Shown piece by piece: positions 39,141 through 50,251 of a stretch of 64,000 bases of DNA (the first letter of the stretch is position 1; each line of letters starts with the position of its first letter). A program made the translations under genes and the position numbers. The notes beneath the pieces are model-generated. The model had not been told where the DNA came from. It did not search any database and saw nothing but the letters and a program-made list of their open reading frames with translations. Source of the stretch: Burkholderiaceae bacterium (lineage in GTDB: Bacteria; Pseudomonadota; Gammaproteobacteria; Burkholderiales; Burkholderiaceae_D); contig DATFBD010000140.1 of NCBI GenBank assembly GCA_035254005.1, positions 769 to 64,768 on the forward strand. The letters run 5' to 3'.

Positions 39141-39497
39141 TCAGCTGTCGTCCTCCTTGCCGCCTTGCCGGGCACCGCTCTTGTCCTGTTGCTGCGAGCT
39201 TGCTGTGGCGCGCGCCTTGCCGTTCTGGCGCGCGGCCAGTTGCCGGTTCTCGCCGCCCTTGCGGCCGATCTCCGCCATGTGTTCGCGGTCGCGGCTGACG
39301 GCCTCGCCGCCTTTCTGGCCGGCGCGGCGCGCTTCCTCCGAATCGAACTCGTGTGCCGTGCCTTTCTGATGGGCGGCCTGCCCGCCCTTACTGGCGATCT
39401 CGCGCTGCTGCGCTTCGCTCATGGCGGCGAAGCCGCGCTTGGAAGTCCCTTTTTGCGTACCGCCCTTACCCTGATCGCTACCTTGATTGCTGGCCAT
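39141..39497 (-). CDS. KGG-repeat general stress protein (YciG/GsiB-like)
   Basis: RGFAAM...IASKGG, AGQKGG, IGRKGG; AGGAG RBS before ATG 39497. Confidence 0.88.
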   Translation of the reverse strand: MASNQGSDQGKGGTQKGTSKRGFAAMSEAQQREIASKGGQAAHQKGTAHEFDSEEARRAGQKGGEAVSRDREHMAEIGRKGGENRQLAARQNGKARATASSQQQDKSGARQGGKEDDS

Positions 39498-39637
39498 ATC
39501 GATCTCCTTAGTCATGGGGAATGGTTGTTTGTCGCAGAGCGCCGCGGCGTGCCGCCGGCGAGCCGGACACGTTCGGGCCGCTCTGCCTGTTTAGAGACGG
39601 GCGGCTGGTGGAAGTTCCGTGCCGCGCGCGCCCGGCG

Positions 39638-40126
39638 TCAGTGGGGTAGTGGGCTGGCGTGTTCGCCTGCGTGGCCATCGCCGCCGTGGATGCCGGCCTG
39701 CAGATGCTGGACCGCTTCGTGCTGGCGTTCCGTGGCCCTGGCCGCTTCTTCCGACGCGCGCCGCATGGTGTCCTCGGCCACGGCTGTGGCCGAGCGGCTC
39801 AGCTTGGGCATATGGGTTTCCGTGGTGCGGGCCAGCTCGTCGCACGCGTGGGCCATGGTATCGGCCAGCTTGCGCTGGTAGTCGCGCATCGGGCCGTTGA
39901 CCGGATTGAGCCTGCTGCCCAGCGCCGTGCCCAGCTCAGCCGCGTTGCCGCTGGCCAGTGCGTGCTGGCATACCTGGCCCAGGTCGGCCAGCGTGTCGCG
40001 CGCCAGTTGCAGGTTCAGTTCACCGACCTTGTGCATGGTGTCGAGCAGGTGCTGGCTCAGGTCGGTGGAATAGGTGATCAGCGCGTCGCAATGCGAGCGT
40101 AACGCGGGGGTGATGAGTGTATCCAT
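39638..40126 (-). CDS. Phasin family protein
   Basis: Amphipathic helical protein with KVGELNLQLARDTL resembling Phasin_2; GAGG RBS. Confidence 0.65.
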   Translation of the reverse strand: MDTLITPALRSHCDALITYSTDLSQHLLDTMHKVGELNLQLARDTLADLGQVCQHALASGNAAELGTALGSRLNPVNGPMRDYQRKLADTMAHACDELARTTETHMPKLSRSATAVAEDTMRRASEEAARATERQHEAVQHLQAGIHGGDGHAGEHASPLPH

Positions 40127-40301
40127 GGTGTATCCTCAAGCTGGCAGTTGGAAACGCCCGGCGGCGCCGGGCGGCTGGGGCAGACTTGGGATAGACGCTG
40201 GCGGCGCAAGGAAGTTCCGCCGTTGCGTGCAGCAGGGGAGGGCGGCGCCGCCACGGCGTTTGGTGGCAAACGGTGCGGCGCCGTGGCGGTGTGGCGCTTG
40301 C

Positions 40302-41333
40302 TTAGTCCTGCGCGACCTGCAGCACCAGCTTGCCGAAGTTCTTGCCTTCGAACAGCATGTTGAGCGCTTGCGGGAATTGTTCGATGCCTTGCACCACGTC
40401 TTCCTTGCTCTTGATCTTGCCTTGCTTGAGCCACTGGCCCAGCGCCGCCACGCCCAGGTGGTAGCGGTCGGCGTAATCGAACACGACGATGCCTTCCATG
40501 CGGGCCCGGTTGACCAGCAGCGACAGGTAGTTGGCCGGTCCCTTCACGGCCTCCGTGTTGTTGTACTGCGAGATGGCGCCGCAGATCACGATGCGGGCTT
40601 TCAGGTTGATGCGGGTGAGCACGGTGTCGAGGATGTCGCCGCCCACGTTGTCGAAATACACGTCCACGCCTTGCGGGCAGTGCTGCTTGAGGCCGTCGCG
40701 CACCGACTCGTGCTTGTAGTCGATGCAGGCATCAAAGCCCAGTTCGTTGACGACGAAATCGCATTTTTCCTTGCCGCCGGCAATGCCGACCACGCGGCAG
40801 CCGAGCTGCTTGGCCACCTGGCCCACGGTCTGGCCCACGGCCCCGGCCGCGCCCGACACCACCACCGTCTCGCCGGCCTTGGGCTGGCCCGATTCGAGCA
40901 GGCCGAAGTAGGCCGTCATGCCGGGCATGCCCAGCGTGTTCAGGTAAGTGGTCAGTGGCGCCAGCGCCGGATCGACCTTGTAGAACGCGCCGGCCTTGTC
41001 GTCGGCCTTGCCGATCCAGTAGCGCTGCACGCCCGTGCCGCCCGACACGTGGTCGCCCACTGCGAACTTCGGCGAGCGCGAGGCCACTACCACGCCGATG
41101 CCGCCGGCCCGCATCACTTCGCCGATCGCCACCGGACGGATGTAGGACTTGGCATCGTTCATCCAGCCGCGCATGGCCGGGTCCAGCGACAGGTACAGCA
41201 CCTTGACCAGGATTTCACCATCGGCCAGTTCGCGCACCGGCTCCACCACCTGCTGCCAGTCGCTGGCCTTGACCATGCCCACGGGGCGGGCGGCGAGGCG
41301 GAATTGCAGGTTCTCCAAGACGTTCGTTGTCAT
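40302..41333 (-). CDS. NADP-dependent oxidoreductase (CurA/prostaglandin reductase-like MDR)
   Basis: LSLDPAMRGWM, LGMPGMTAYFGL, SGAAGAVG, YFDNVGG, CGAISQYN. Confidence 0.9.
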   Translation of the reverse strand: MTTNVLENLQFRLAARPVGMVKASDWQQVVEPVRELADGEILVKVLYLSLDPAMRGWMNDAKSYIRPVAIGEVMRAGGIGVVVASRSPKFAVGDHVSGGTGVQRYWIGKADDKAGAFYKVDPALAPLTTYLNTLGMPGMTAYFGLLESGQPKAGETVVVSGAAGAVGQTVGQVAKQLGCRVVGIAGGKEKCDFVVNELGFDACIDYKHESVRDGLKQHCPQGVDVYFDNVGGDILDTVLTRINLKARIVICGAISQYNNTEAVKGPANYLSLLVNRARMEGIVVFDYADRYHLGVAALGQWLKQGKIKSKEDVVQGIEQFPQALNMLFEGKNFGKLVLQVAQD

Positions 41334-41510
41334 TTTTTCTTCCTCTGTAAGGGTAGGTGGCGTCCACTATACCGCATAAATGCACGACCGTGCTATTTCC
41401 GATTTTGTGGCCAGTGGCAATGCCTTTTTGCCCACTTTTTTACGGCAGGGGCTCAGGCATGCGACAATATCGCCCTTGTTCAGATAACGCATCATTGCCC
41501 AATAGCAGCC

Positions 41511-42380
41511 ATGACCCACCCCGAATACATTTTGACTCTCTCCTGCCTGGATCAGCGCGGTATCGTTCATCGCGTATCGGGCTTCCTGGCCGACCACGGC
41601 TGCAACATCATCGACTCGGCCCAGTTCGGCGACGGCGAATCGCGCCTGTTCTTCATGCGCGTGCACTTCGCGCTGGAGGACAGCGCCGTGGGCGACGCGC
41701 TGCTGCGCGCCGATTTCGGCTTGCTGGCGGCGGAGATGGGCCTGGACTGGGAGCTGCGCGACGCGCGCTACAAGCCGCGCGTGATGCTGATGGTGTCCAA
41801 GATCGGCCACTGCCTGAACGACCTGCTGTTCCGCTACAAGAGCGGCCTGCTGCCGGTGGAGATTCCGGCCATCGTGTCCAACCACATGGACTTCTACCAG
41901 CTGGCGGCCAGCTACAACATCCCGTTCCACCACCTGCCGCTGGCCACCGGCGCGCCCAAGGAAGCCAAGGCCGCGCAGGAAGCGAAGATCATCGAGCTGA
42001 TGAACACCCATGGCATCGACCTGGTGGTGCTGGCCCGCTACATGCAGATCCTGTCGCCCGAACTGTGCGCGGCGCTGAAGGGCAAGGCGATCAACATCCA
42101 CCACTCGTTCCTGCCCAGCTTCAAGGGCGCCAAGCCATACGCGCAAGCCCACCACCGCGGCGTGAAGCTGATCGGCGCCACCGCCCACTTCGTGACGGGC
42201 GACCTGGACGAAGGCCCGATCATCGAGCAGGACGTGGAGCGCGTTGACCATTCGATGGATGCCGAGACGCTGTCGGCCATCGGCCGCGACGTGGAGTGCG
42301 TGGTGCTGGCGCGCGCCGTCAAGTGGTTCGTCGAACACCGCATCCTGCAAAACGGCGAGAAAACCGTCGTTTTCAAGTAA
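41511..42380 (+). CDS. purU: Formyltetrahydrofolate deformylase
   Basis: ACT domain, MVSKIGHCLNDLL, LARYMQILS, INIHHSFLPSFKGAKPY, DLDEGPIIEQ; ATG at 41511. Confidence 0.95.
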   Translation: MTHPEYILTLSCLDQRGIVHRVSGFLADHGCNIIDSAQFGDGESRLFFMRVHFALEDSAVGDALLRADFGLLAAEMGLDWELRDARYKPRVMLMVSKIGHCLNDLLFRYKSGLLPVEIPAIVSNHMDFYQLAASYNIPFHHLPLATGAPKEAKAAQEAKIIELMNTHGIDLVVLARYMQILSPELCAALKGKAINIHHSFLPSFKGAKPYAQAHHRGVKLIGATAHFVTGDLDEGPIIEQDVERVDHSMDAETLSAIGRDVECVVLARAVKWFVEHRILQNGEKTVVFK

Positions 42381-42410
42381 TCGTTTATATCATTTACAAA
42401 GATTCACAAG

Positions 42411-42953
42411 ATGGCCCTCAAAGCGACAATCTACAAAGCCGATCTGCAAATCGCGGATATGGACCGCAACTACTACGAGAGCCAGGTGCTGACGCTGGCG
42501 CGCCATCCGTCCGAAACGGACGAGCGCATGATGGTGCGCCTGCTGGCGTTCGCCATCCACGCCAATGAAGCGCTGACCTTCACCAAAGGCTTGTTCGACG
42601 TGGAGGAGCCGGACCTGTGGCAAAAGGACCTGACCGGCGCCATCCAGCTGTGGATCGAAGTGGGCCAGCCGGACGAGAAGAAGCTGCTCAAGGCATGCGG
42701 CCGTTCCGAGCACGTGGTGGTGTACAGCTATAGCGCCACCAGCCATATCTGGTGGAAGCAGCTGGCTAACAAGGTCGAGCGCTGCAAGAACCTGACCGTG
42801 ATTAACCTGCCGGCCGACGCCACCGCCGAACTGGAGAAGATGGCCCAGCGCACCATGCAGCTGCAGTGCACGATCCAGGACGGCCAGATCTGGCTCACGG
42901 ACGGCACGGTGACGGTGGAAATCGGCCGCGAAACGTTCAAGGCCGAGCGCTGA
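42411..42953 (+). CDS. yaeQ: YaeQ family protein
   Basis: MALKATIYKA, LARHPSETDERMMVRLLAF, EPDLW, WIEVGQP. Confidence 0.93.
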   Translation: MALKATIYKADLQIADMDRNYYESQVLTLARHPSETDERMMVRLLAFAIHANEALTFTKGLFDVEEPDLWQKDLTGAIQLWIEVGQPDEKKLLKACGRSEHVVVYSYSATSHIWWKQLANKVERCKNLTVINLPADATAELEKMAQRTMQLQCTIQDGQIWLTDGTVTVEIGRETFKAER

Positions 42954-43036
42954 TCTTTTCCCGAAAAGGACAGCATAAATCAAGTTCGCCGCAGCTGTTC
43001 GCGTGGCGAAAATCGGCACTCCGCTATAATCGAACC

Positions 43037-43447
43037 ATGTCCAGGAAATCGAACCTACGCGCGCTGCACATCTGGATCGCATGCTTTGCGATTCTCATGA
43101 ACGCGCTCGCGCCATCGATTTCCCACGCCGTCGCTTTCATGCAGGGCCAGCCGCCAGGCTGGGAAATCTGCCGCAGCACCTTGCAGGCCGCGCCGGCCGG
43201 CGATGTGCTCCAGGCCATGCTGGCCGATGGCAGCGGCAAACAGCCGGCGCCGCACAAGGCCATGTTCAGCATGGACGATTGCGGCTATTGCAGCCCGCAC
43301 GCCGGCAGCCATGGTTTGCTGCCCACGATGGTTTCCGGGCTGGGCCTGTTCAGCACGCACTCGATACAACCATTCCTGTTCTACCGCTCGCCCGCGCCGC
43401 TGGTGGCGTGGTCGGCCTCGCGCCCGCGCGGCCCACCCGTGGCCTGA
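43037..43447 (+). CDS. DUF2946 family protein, CruR-like copper-responsive upstream ORF
   Basis: N-terminal hydrophobic segment (ALAPSISHA), EIC, CGYC, C-terminal PRGPP; upstream of copper genes. Confidence 0.82.
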   Translation: MSRKSNLRALHIWIACFAILMNALAPSISHAVAFMQGQPPGWEICRSTLQAAPAGDVLQAMLADGSGKQPAPHKAMFSMDDCGYCSPHAGSHGLLPTMVSGLGLFSTHSIQPFLFYRSPAPLVAWSASRPRGPPVA

Positions 43448-43732
43448 TTGCGGCTTGATCGCGGCTTGAATGTGGTTTGATCACGACCCGGCTTCGGCCT
43501 GATGCCGATCACGTTCCGGTCACCATCCGCGCGCCGCACCGCTCCCCGCACCGCTCCCGTAATTGCTTAGCCCAGGCGCCGCATCGTATCTGATCGCGCC
43601 TGATTAAATGCCGCCCAGCGCGGCCCTGCGAGTACCGCCGTTGTGCCTCCGCCGCTGTCCGCCCCGATCCGGGCAGGTAGCCCGGCCAGCACCGCACACC
43701 GGCCCGTGCCGCCACTTGAAGAGAGAACCAAC

Positions 43733-44179
43733 ATGAACAAGCAAATCCTGACCTTCCTCGCATCGATGACGATTGCCTCCTGCGCCATGGCCCAGGTCAC
43801 CGTGAAGGATGCGTGGATCCGCGCCACTGTGCCCAGCGCCAAGGCCACCGGCGCCTTCATGCAATTGCAGTCGGCACGCGACGCGCGCCTGGTGGAAGTG
43901 CGCTCCAGCGCGGCCGGCGTGGTCGAGATCCACGAAATGGCGATGGAAGGCCAGATGATGCGCATGCACGCCATCACCGGCCTCGATCTGCCGGCCGGCA
44001 AGCCCGTGGACCTCGCATCGGGCGGCTACCACGTGATGTTGCTGGACTTGAAGCGCCAGTTGAAAGAGGGCGACAGCGTGCCCTTGACGCTGGTGATCCA
44101 GAATAAGGACAAGAAGACCGAAACGGTTTCGTTGTCGGTGCCGGTCAAGGCGCTTAACTACGCCGCGCCCAAGCACTGA
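43733..44179 (+). CDS. Periplasmic copper chaperone PCu(A)C
   Basis: Signal peptide, DAWIRAT, EIHEM...MMRM, GGYHVML; ATG at 43733. Confidence 0.9.
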   Translation: MNKQILTFLASMTIASCAMAQVTVKDAWIRATVPSAKATGAFMQLQSARDARLVEVRSSAAGVVEIHEMAMEGQMMRMHAITGLDLPAGKPVDLASGGYHVMLLDLKRQLKEGDSVPLTLVIQNKDKKTETVSLSVPVKALNYAAPKH

Positions 44180-44195
44180 ACCAACGGAGCGTGCC

Positions 44196-46475
44196 ATGAC
44201 ATCACGTATCCGTATCAAACCGCTGGTCCTGCTGCTTGCCCTGCTGGGCGCCGGCCATGCCGTGGCCGACGAAGCCCAGCCGATGACGGTGATCGCCATC
44301 AACGGCGGCCGTCCCAGCTCGCTGCCGACCCAGATCCCCACCACCATCGAGGGCATCACCGGCCCGCAGATCGAGGAGCGCATCAATGCCCTCGACAGCG
44401 AGGACGCGCTCAAATACCTGCCCAGCCTGAACGTGCGCAAGCGCTACGTGGGCGACTACGATCACGCCGTGCTGGCCAGCCGCGCTTCGGGCACCGGCAA
44501 TAGCGCCCGCTCGATGGTGTACGCGGACGGCATCCTGCTGTCCAACCTGCTCGGCAACGGCGCCACCTACACGCCGCGCTGGGGCCTTGTCACGCCCGAG
44601 GAAATCGAGCGCGTGGACGTGCTGTATGGCCCGTTCTCGGCCGCCTACGCGGGCAACTCGGTGGGCGCCGTGGTCGATTTCATGACCCGCATGCCGACGC
44701 GTTTTGAAGCCCACTTCAAGCTGTCCGGCTTCGGCCAGGCGTTCCGGCAGTACGGCACCGACGCCCATTACTTCGGCAAGCAGGGCAGCGCCTCGATTGG
44801 CGACCGCCAAGGTGCGTGGTCGTGGTGGCTGGATCTGTCGCGCCTGGACAGCAACGGCCAGCCCATCGCCTACGCCAACAAGGTCGCCAGCAAGGGTGTG
44901 CCCGGCAGCGCCGGCCTGCCCGTGACGGGCGCGCTCGCGGACCGCAATCCCGTCAACCAGGACTGGCTGATCCTGGGCGCCACCAACCAGATCCACACCA
45001 TCCAGGACCACGCCAAGGTCAAGCTGGCGTATGACGTGTCGCCCGTGCTGCGGGCCAGTTACACGCTGGGCTGGTGGCAGAACGACGCCGAGCGCCATTC
45101 GGATTCCTACCTGCGCGACGCGGCCGGCAACGCCGTCTACACGGGCGACGACAAGAACCGCATCAACATCGGCGGCAAGACCTACACCTTGCTGGCATCC
45201 GACTTCGCGCCCAGCGTGGGCGACCTCGAACACCTGATGCACGGCCTGTCGCTGAAAAGCCATGCCAAGGGCGTGTTCGACTGGGAACTGGCGGCCAGCC
45301 TGTATGACTACCACCGCGACCTGGTGCGCACGCCGACCGTGCTGGTGGCGAACGCGCAGACCAATGGCCAGGGCAACATCACGGACACGGGCGGCAGCGG
45401 CTGGAACACGCTGGCGCTGAAAGGCACGTGGCGCCCGGACGGCATGGCCGGCGCCCACATCGTCGATTTTGGCGTGCAGCGCGACAGCGCCAAGCTGCGC
45501 ACCCACGTGTTCAGCAGCGGCGACTGGCTGCACGCGGCCGACGGCGCGCCGGTGTCCGATTTTAACGGCGACACCCGGCTGGAAAGCCTGTTCGCGCAGG
45601 ATACGTGGCGTGTCGCCCCGGCCTGGAAGGCCACGCTGGGCGCGCGCTTCGAGCACTGGCAAGCGTTCGATGGCCAGATCGGCGCCAAGGGCAAGCTGCT
45701 GCCGTTCACCGACCGCAGCGAATCGGCATGGTCGCCCAAGGCCGCGCTGGCATGGAGCGCCAGCGACGCATGGACGATGAAAGCTTCCACCGGCCGTGCC
45801 GTGCGCAATCCGACGGCGGCCGAGCTGTTCCAGGGCGCCATCGTGGACGGCAAAATCCTGTACACCGACCCGAATCTGAAGGCGGAAAAATCGTGGACCA
45901 GCGAGCTGACGGCCGAACGCCTGAATGCCGACTCCAGCCTGCGCGCCACGCTGTTCCATGAAGTGACGCGCGACGCCTTGTATTCTCAGCCGCTGACGCC
46001 GACCGTCAACACCATCCAGAACGTCGGCAAGATCCGCACCACGGGCGTGGAGTTCTCGCACCAGGCCGATAACGTGCTGGTACCCGGCCTGGCCATCACG
46101 GACAGCCTGACCTACGCCGATTCGCGCATCGCCGCCAACGATGCGTTCCCGGCCAGCGTCGGCAAGCTGCAACCGCGCGTGCCGCGCTGGCGCGCCAATT
46201 TCCTGGCTGCCTACCAGGCCAACGCGCAGTGGAGCGGTACCTACGGCGTGCGCTACAGCGGCAAGCAGTACGGCACGCTCGACAACAGCGACCCGAACGG
46301 CAACACCTACACGGGCGTGTCGAAATACCTCGTGATGGATGTGCGCCTGCGCTACCGGCTGGACCCGCACTGGACCGCGTCGGCCGGCATCGATAACCTC
46401 AACAACGCCAAGTACTGGGCCTTCCACCCCTACACCCAGCGCACGCTGGTGGCGGAACTGAAGTACGACCTGTAA
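44196..46475 (+). CDS. TonB-dependent receptor (copper/metal-associated, BfrG-like context)
   Basis: Signal peptide, IERVDVLYGPFSAAY.GNS.G plug motif, C-terminal AELKYDL. Confidence 0.9.
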   Translation: MTSRIRIKPLVLLLALLGAGHAVADEAQPMTVIAINGGRPSSLPTQIPTTIEGITGPQIEERINALDSEDALKYLPSLNVRKRYVGDYDHAVLASRASGTGNSARSMVYADGILLSNLLGNGATYTPRWGLVTPEEIERVDVLYGPFSAAYAGNSVGAVVDFMTRMPTRFEAHFKLSGFGQAFRQYGTDAHYFGKQGSASIGDRQGAWSWWLDLSRLDSNGQPIAYANKVASKGVPGSAGLPVTGALADRNPVNQDWLILGATNQIHTIQDHAKVKLAYDVSPVLRASYTLGWWQNDAERHSDSYLRDAAGNAVYTGDDKNRINIGGKTYTLLASDFAPSVGDLEHLMHGLSLKSHAKGVFDWELAASLYDYHRDLVRTPTVLVANAQTNGQGNITDTGGSGWNTLALKGTWRPDGMAGAHIVDFGVQRDSAKLRTHVFSSGDWLHAADGAPVSDFNGDTRLESLFAQDTWRVAPAWKATLGARFEHWQAFDGQIGAKGKLLPFTDRSESAWSPKAALAWSASDAWTMKASTGRAVRNPTAAELFQGAIVDGKILYTDPNLKAEKSWTSELTAERLNADSSLRATLFHEVTRDALYSQPLTPTVNTIQNVGKIRTTGVEFSHQADNVLVPGLAITDSLTYADSRIAANDAFPASVGKLQPRVPRWRANFLAAYQANAQWSGTYGVRYSGKQYGTLDNSDPNGNTYTGVSKYLVMDVRLRYRLDPHWTASAGIDNLNNAKYWAFHPYTQRTLVAELKYDL

Positions 46476-46479
46476 AGCG

Positions 46480-46507
46480 AAAATGCCCGGAGCGATCCGG
46501 GCATTTT
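46480..46507. terminator. Bidirectional intrinsic terminator
   Basis: AAAATGCCCGGA-gcga-TCCGGGCATTTT between convergent genes. Confidence 0.82.
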
Positions 46508-46615
46508 AGTCTTTTGGGGCAATCAGGGCAGAGGAGGTTCCAACGCAAACCTGGGCCGGGTGCGTGGCCTTGGCCGGTCTGGTATGGGACGGGCGGCAGC
46601 GCCCGCTTCCTGCGG

Positions 46616-47950
<1,335 letters not shown>

Positions 47951-48175
47951 ATAAGTCTCCTGGTGTGTTATTCGAGCAAAAAGTATATAGCGCTATTGTG
48001 ATGCGACGTATATCAATTATTTGAAGTTTTAACAATTTTTTGTATCAGGTTCATGTCCGCCGGGCCAGCGAGGCGCCGGGGCCGGCCGCATGATGAGGTA
48101 TCATGCCGGCAATGCGCCGCTTGACGGCGCCACTTCACCCTGACCGGCCAGGCCGGTCAACCTCACTGGAATAGC

Positions 48176-48826
48176 ATGCTGATCATCACCATCAAACAGG
48201 GCAAGGAAAAGAGCTTGCTGGCCGGCGAACCGTGGATTTACGCGTCCGCGATCGAAAAAGTCGACGGTAAGCCGCAGGAAAAAGGCAAGCCCGGTTCGAC
48301 CGCCATCGTGCAAACGTCCTCGCGCCAGTTCCTGGCCCGCGCCGCCTACAATGCCAAGTCGCAGATCCGCGCGCGGGTGTGGAGCTTTCGCCAGGACGAG
48401 CCGATCGACCACGCGCTGATGAAGCGCCGCGTCAAGGCCGCCATCGAGAAGCGCGCCGCCGGCTGGCGCCAGGCCGAGGCCACGGCGCTGGTGCCGCTGG
48501 TGCTGGGCGAGGAGGATGGCTTGCCCGGCCTGCTGGTGGACAGCTACGGCGGCCCGTCCGGCTACCTGATCTGCCGCTTCCAGGCCGGTGGCGTCGATGC
48601 GTGGAAGGTGCCCATCGTGCAAGCCCTGATCGCCGAGACGGGCTGCCCCAACGTCTACGAGCGCTGCGAGGAACTGGTGCGCAAGGGCGAAGGCTTGCCG
48701 CTGTTCTCGGGCGCGCTGGCCGGCGATGCGCCGCCGGACCGGGTCGAGGTGACGGACGCCGGCCAGCGCTGGCAGATGGATTTGCGCACCGGCTTCGAGT
48801 ACCCCAGGACGCGCCAGCCGCGCTGA
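48176..48826 (+). CDS. RlmI-like PUA + central domain protein lacking the SAM methyltransferase domain
   Basis: GKEKSLL..PWIYASAI, SQIRARVWS, EEDGLPGLLVDSY; stops shortly after RTGF. Confidence 0.75.
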   Translation: MLIITIKQGKEKSLLAGEPWIYASAIEKVDGKPQEKGKPGSTAIVQTSSRQFLARAAYNAKSQIRARVWSFRQDEPIDHALMKRRVKAAIEKRAAGWRQAEATALVPLVLGEEDGLPGLLVDSYGGPSGYLICRFQAGGVDAWKVPIVQALIAETGCPNVYERCEELVRKGEGLPLFSGALAGDAPPDRVEVTDAGQRWQMDLRTGFEYPRTRQPR

Positions 48827-48852
48827 CGGCGCCCCTTGTTGCGCCCAAGTTT

Positions 48853-48870
48853 CAGAAAATTAATTTTCTG
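48853..48870. promoter_or_regulatory. Perfect 18-bp palindrome upstream of the PilT-like gene
   Basis: CAGAAAATTAATTTTCTG; a TATAAT lies at 48894-48899. Confidence 0.55.
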
Positions 48871-48959
48871 GTGGCAATCTTTGGCGCTGGTCTTATAATC
48901 GCCGTAGCCGTTGGAGAAGCTTACCCAACGGCGTAACGGACCCGGAGACCAGAGCAAAG

Positions 48960-50081
48960 ATGGAACACCACTTGTCGTCGCAAATACGCACGTTGTCCTA
49001 CGTGGAGAACGAAGACCATCCCGTGTTCGGCACGCTGGTCGAGCAGATCCTGCACCTGCTGAACTCCAAGCTGATCTTCAGCGACATCCTGATCCACCAG
49101 AACAGTCCCTTGCTGCTGCGCCAGCCCAAGGGCCTGGTGGCCGTGACGGATTCGCCGATCACGCGCGAGGAGCTGGAGGAATTCTTCGAAGTGGTCGAGC
49201 CCAACTGGGCCGAGCGCATCCAGGACCGCGCGTTCGACCGTTCCATCGACCTGCACACGGCCCGCATCCGCGCCAACTGCTTCACCTTCCAGGGCAAGAA
49301 GCGGCTCGGCTGCGTGATCCGGCGCTTCCCCAAGGAGCCGATGGCGCTGGGCCAGCTGGGCCTGCGCCAGGACGAGCAGGACTTCGCCAAGCTCTCGAGC
49401 GGCCTGGTGCTGATCATCGGCGACACCTGCCAGGGCAAGTCGACCACCATCGCTTCCATGCTCGACGAGATCAACAAGAACCGTTCGGGTCACATCATCA
49501 CCATTGAAGATCCGGTCGAAACCCTGATCCCGCAGCGCAAATGCGTGATCACCCAGCGCGAGGTGGGCTTCGACGGCGACGTGGAGAGCTTCTACCTGGG
49601 CGCGCTCGACGCGCTGCGCGAGCGGCCCGACGTGATCGTGATCGGCGAGATCCGCGACGCCCAGACGGCGCAGGAAGCGCTGGCGCTGGCCGAATCGGGA
49701 CCGCTGGTGCTGGCCTCGCTGCACGCGCGCTCGACCGAACTGGGCCTGCAGAAGATGGTGCGCCTGCTGGGTAACACGGAGCCGCAATCGCAGGCGCTGG
49801 CCCATGCGCTGCGCGGCGTGCTGTGCCAGGCGCTGCTGCCGTCCGTCGAGGGCGAGCGCTACCACCTGGCCACGGAATGCCTGACCTCGAACCCGGAAGT
49901 GGTGCAGATGATCGCCAGCGGTAACGTGTCGGCCATCCGTGGCTGGATGGAGGGCAAATCGGCGCCTGGCTGCCACACCATGAACGCCTCGCTGCGCGCG
50001 CTGCTGGCGGCCGGCAAGGTCAGCGCGGAAGACGCGCGCAACGCCAGTACCAACCGCGTCGGCCTGATCGAGCGCGCCTGA
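48960..50081 (+). CDS. Divergent PilT/PilU-family ATPase
   Basis: GDTCQGKSTT Walker A, TIEDPVE/QREV Asp box, PDVIVIGEIRD Walker B. Confidence 0.85.
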   Translation: MEHHLSSQIRTLSYVENEDHPVFGTLVEQILHLLNSKLIFSDILIHQNSPLLLRQPKGLVAVTDSPITREELEEFFEVVEPNWAERIQDRAFDRSIDLHTARIRANCFTFQGKKRLGCVIRRFPKEPMALGQLGLRQDEQDFAKLSSGLVLIIGDTCQGKSTTIASMLDEINKNRSGHIITIEDPVETLIPQRKCVITQREVGFDGDVESFYLGALDALRERPDVIVIGEIRDAQTAQEALALAESGPLVLASLHARSTELGLQKMVRLLGNTEPQSQALAHALRGVLCQALLPSVEGERYHLATECLTSNPEVVQMIASGNVSAIRGWMEGKSAPGCHTMNASLRALLAAGKVSAEDARNASTNRVGLIERA

Positions 50082-50084
50082 GGC

Positions 50085-50150
50085 AAAAGCGGGGTCAGTT
50101 CCGGCATCGGGCCACTTATGTGGCCCGATGCCGGAACTGACCCCGCTTTT
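50085..50150. repeat. REP-like long palindrome, family A copy 4 (variant arms)
   Basis: 31-bp perfect stem AAAAGCGGGGTCAGTTCCGGCATCGGGCCAC between convergent genes. Confidence 0.88.
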
Positions 50151-50251
50151 TCCTGGATCCACGGCGGTGGATTAGGGCATTGCGGTTTCTCAAATCTGAT
50201 GCGCGCGTGTCCGAATGACAGACCTGACACCGAATTTGACACCGCGTTTTC

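Noticed and set aside
14731-42380. Apparent fusions or long N-terminal extensions in the ORF track (14731 TetR, 19153 TBDR, 33274 ModA, 40074 PurU)
   Set aside because: The extensions overlap other real genes; internal ATGs (15571, 19561, 34096, 41511) give normal-sized proteins
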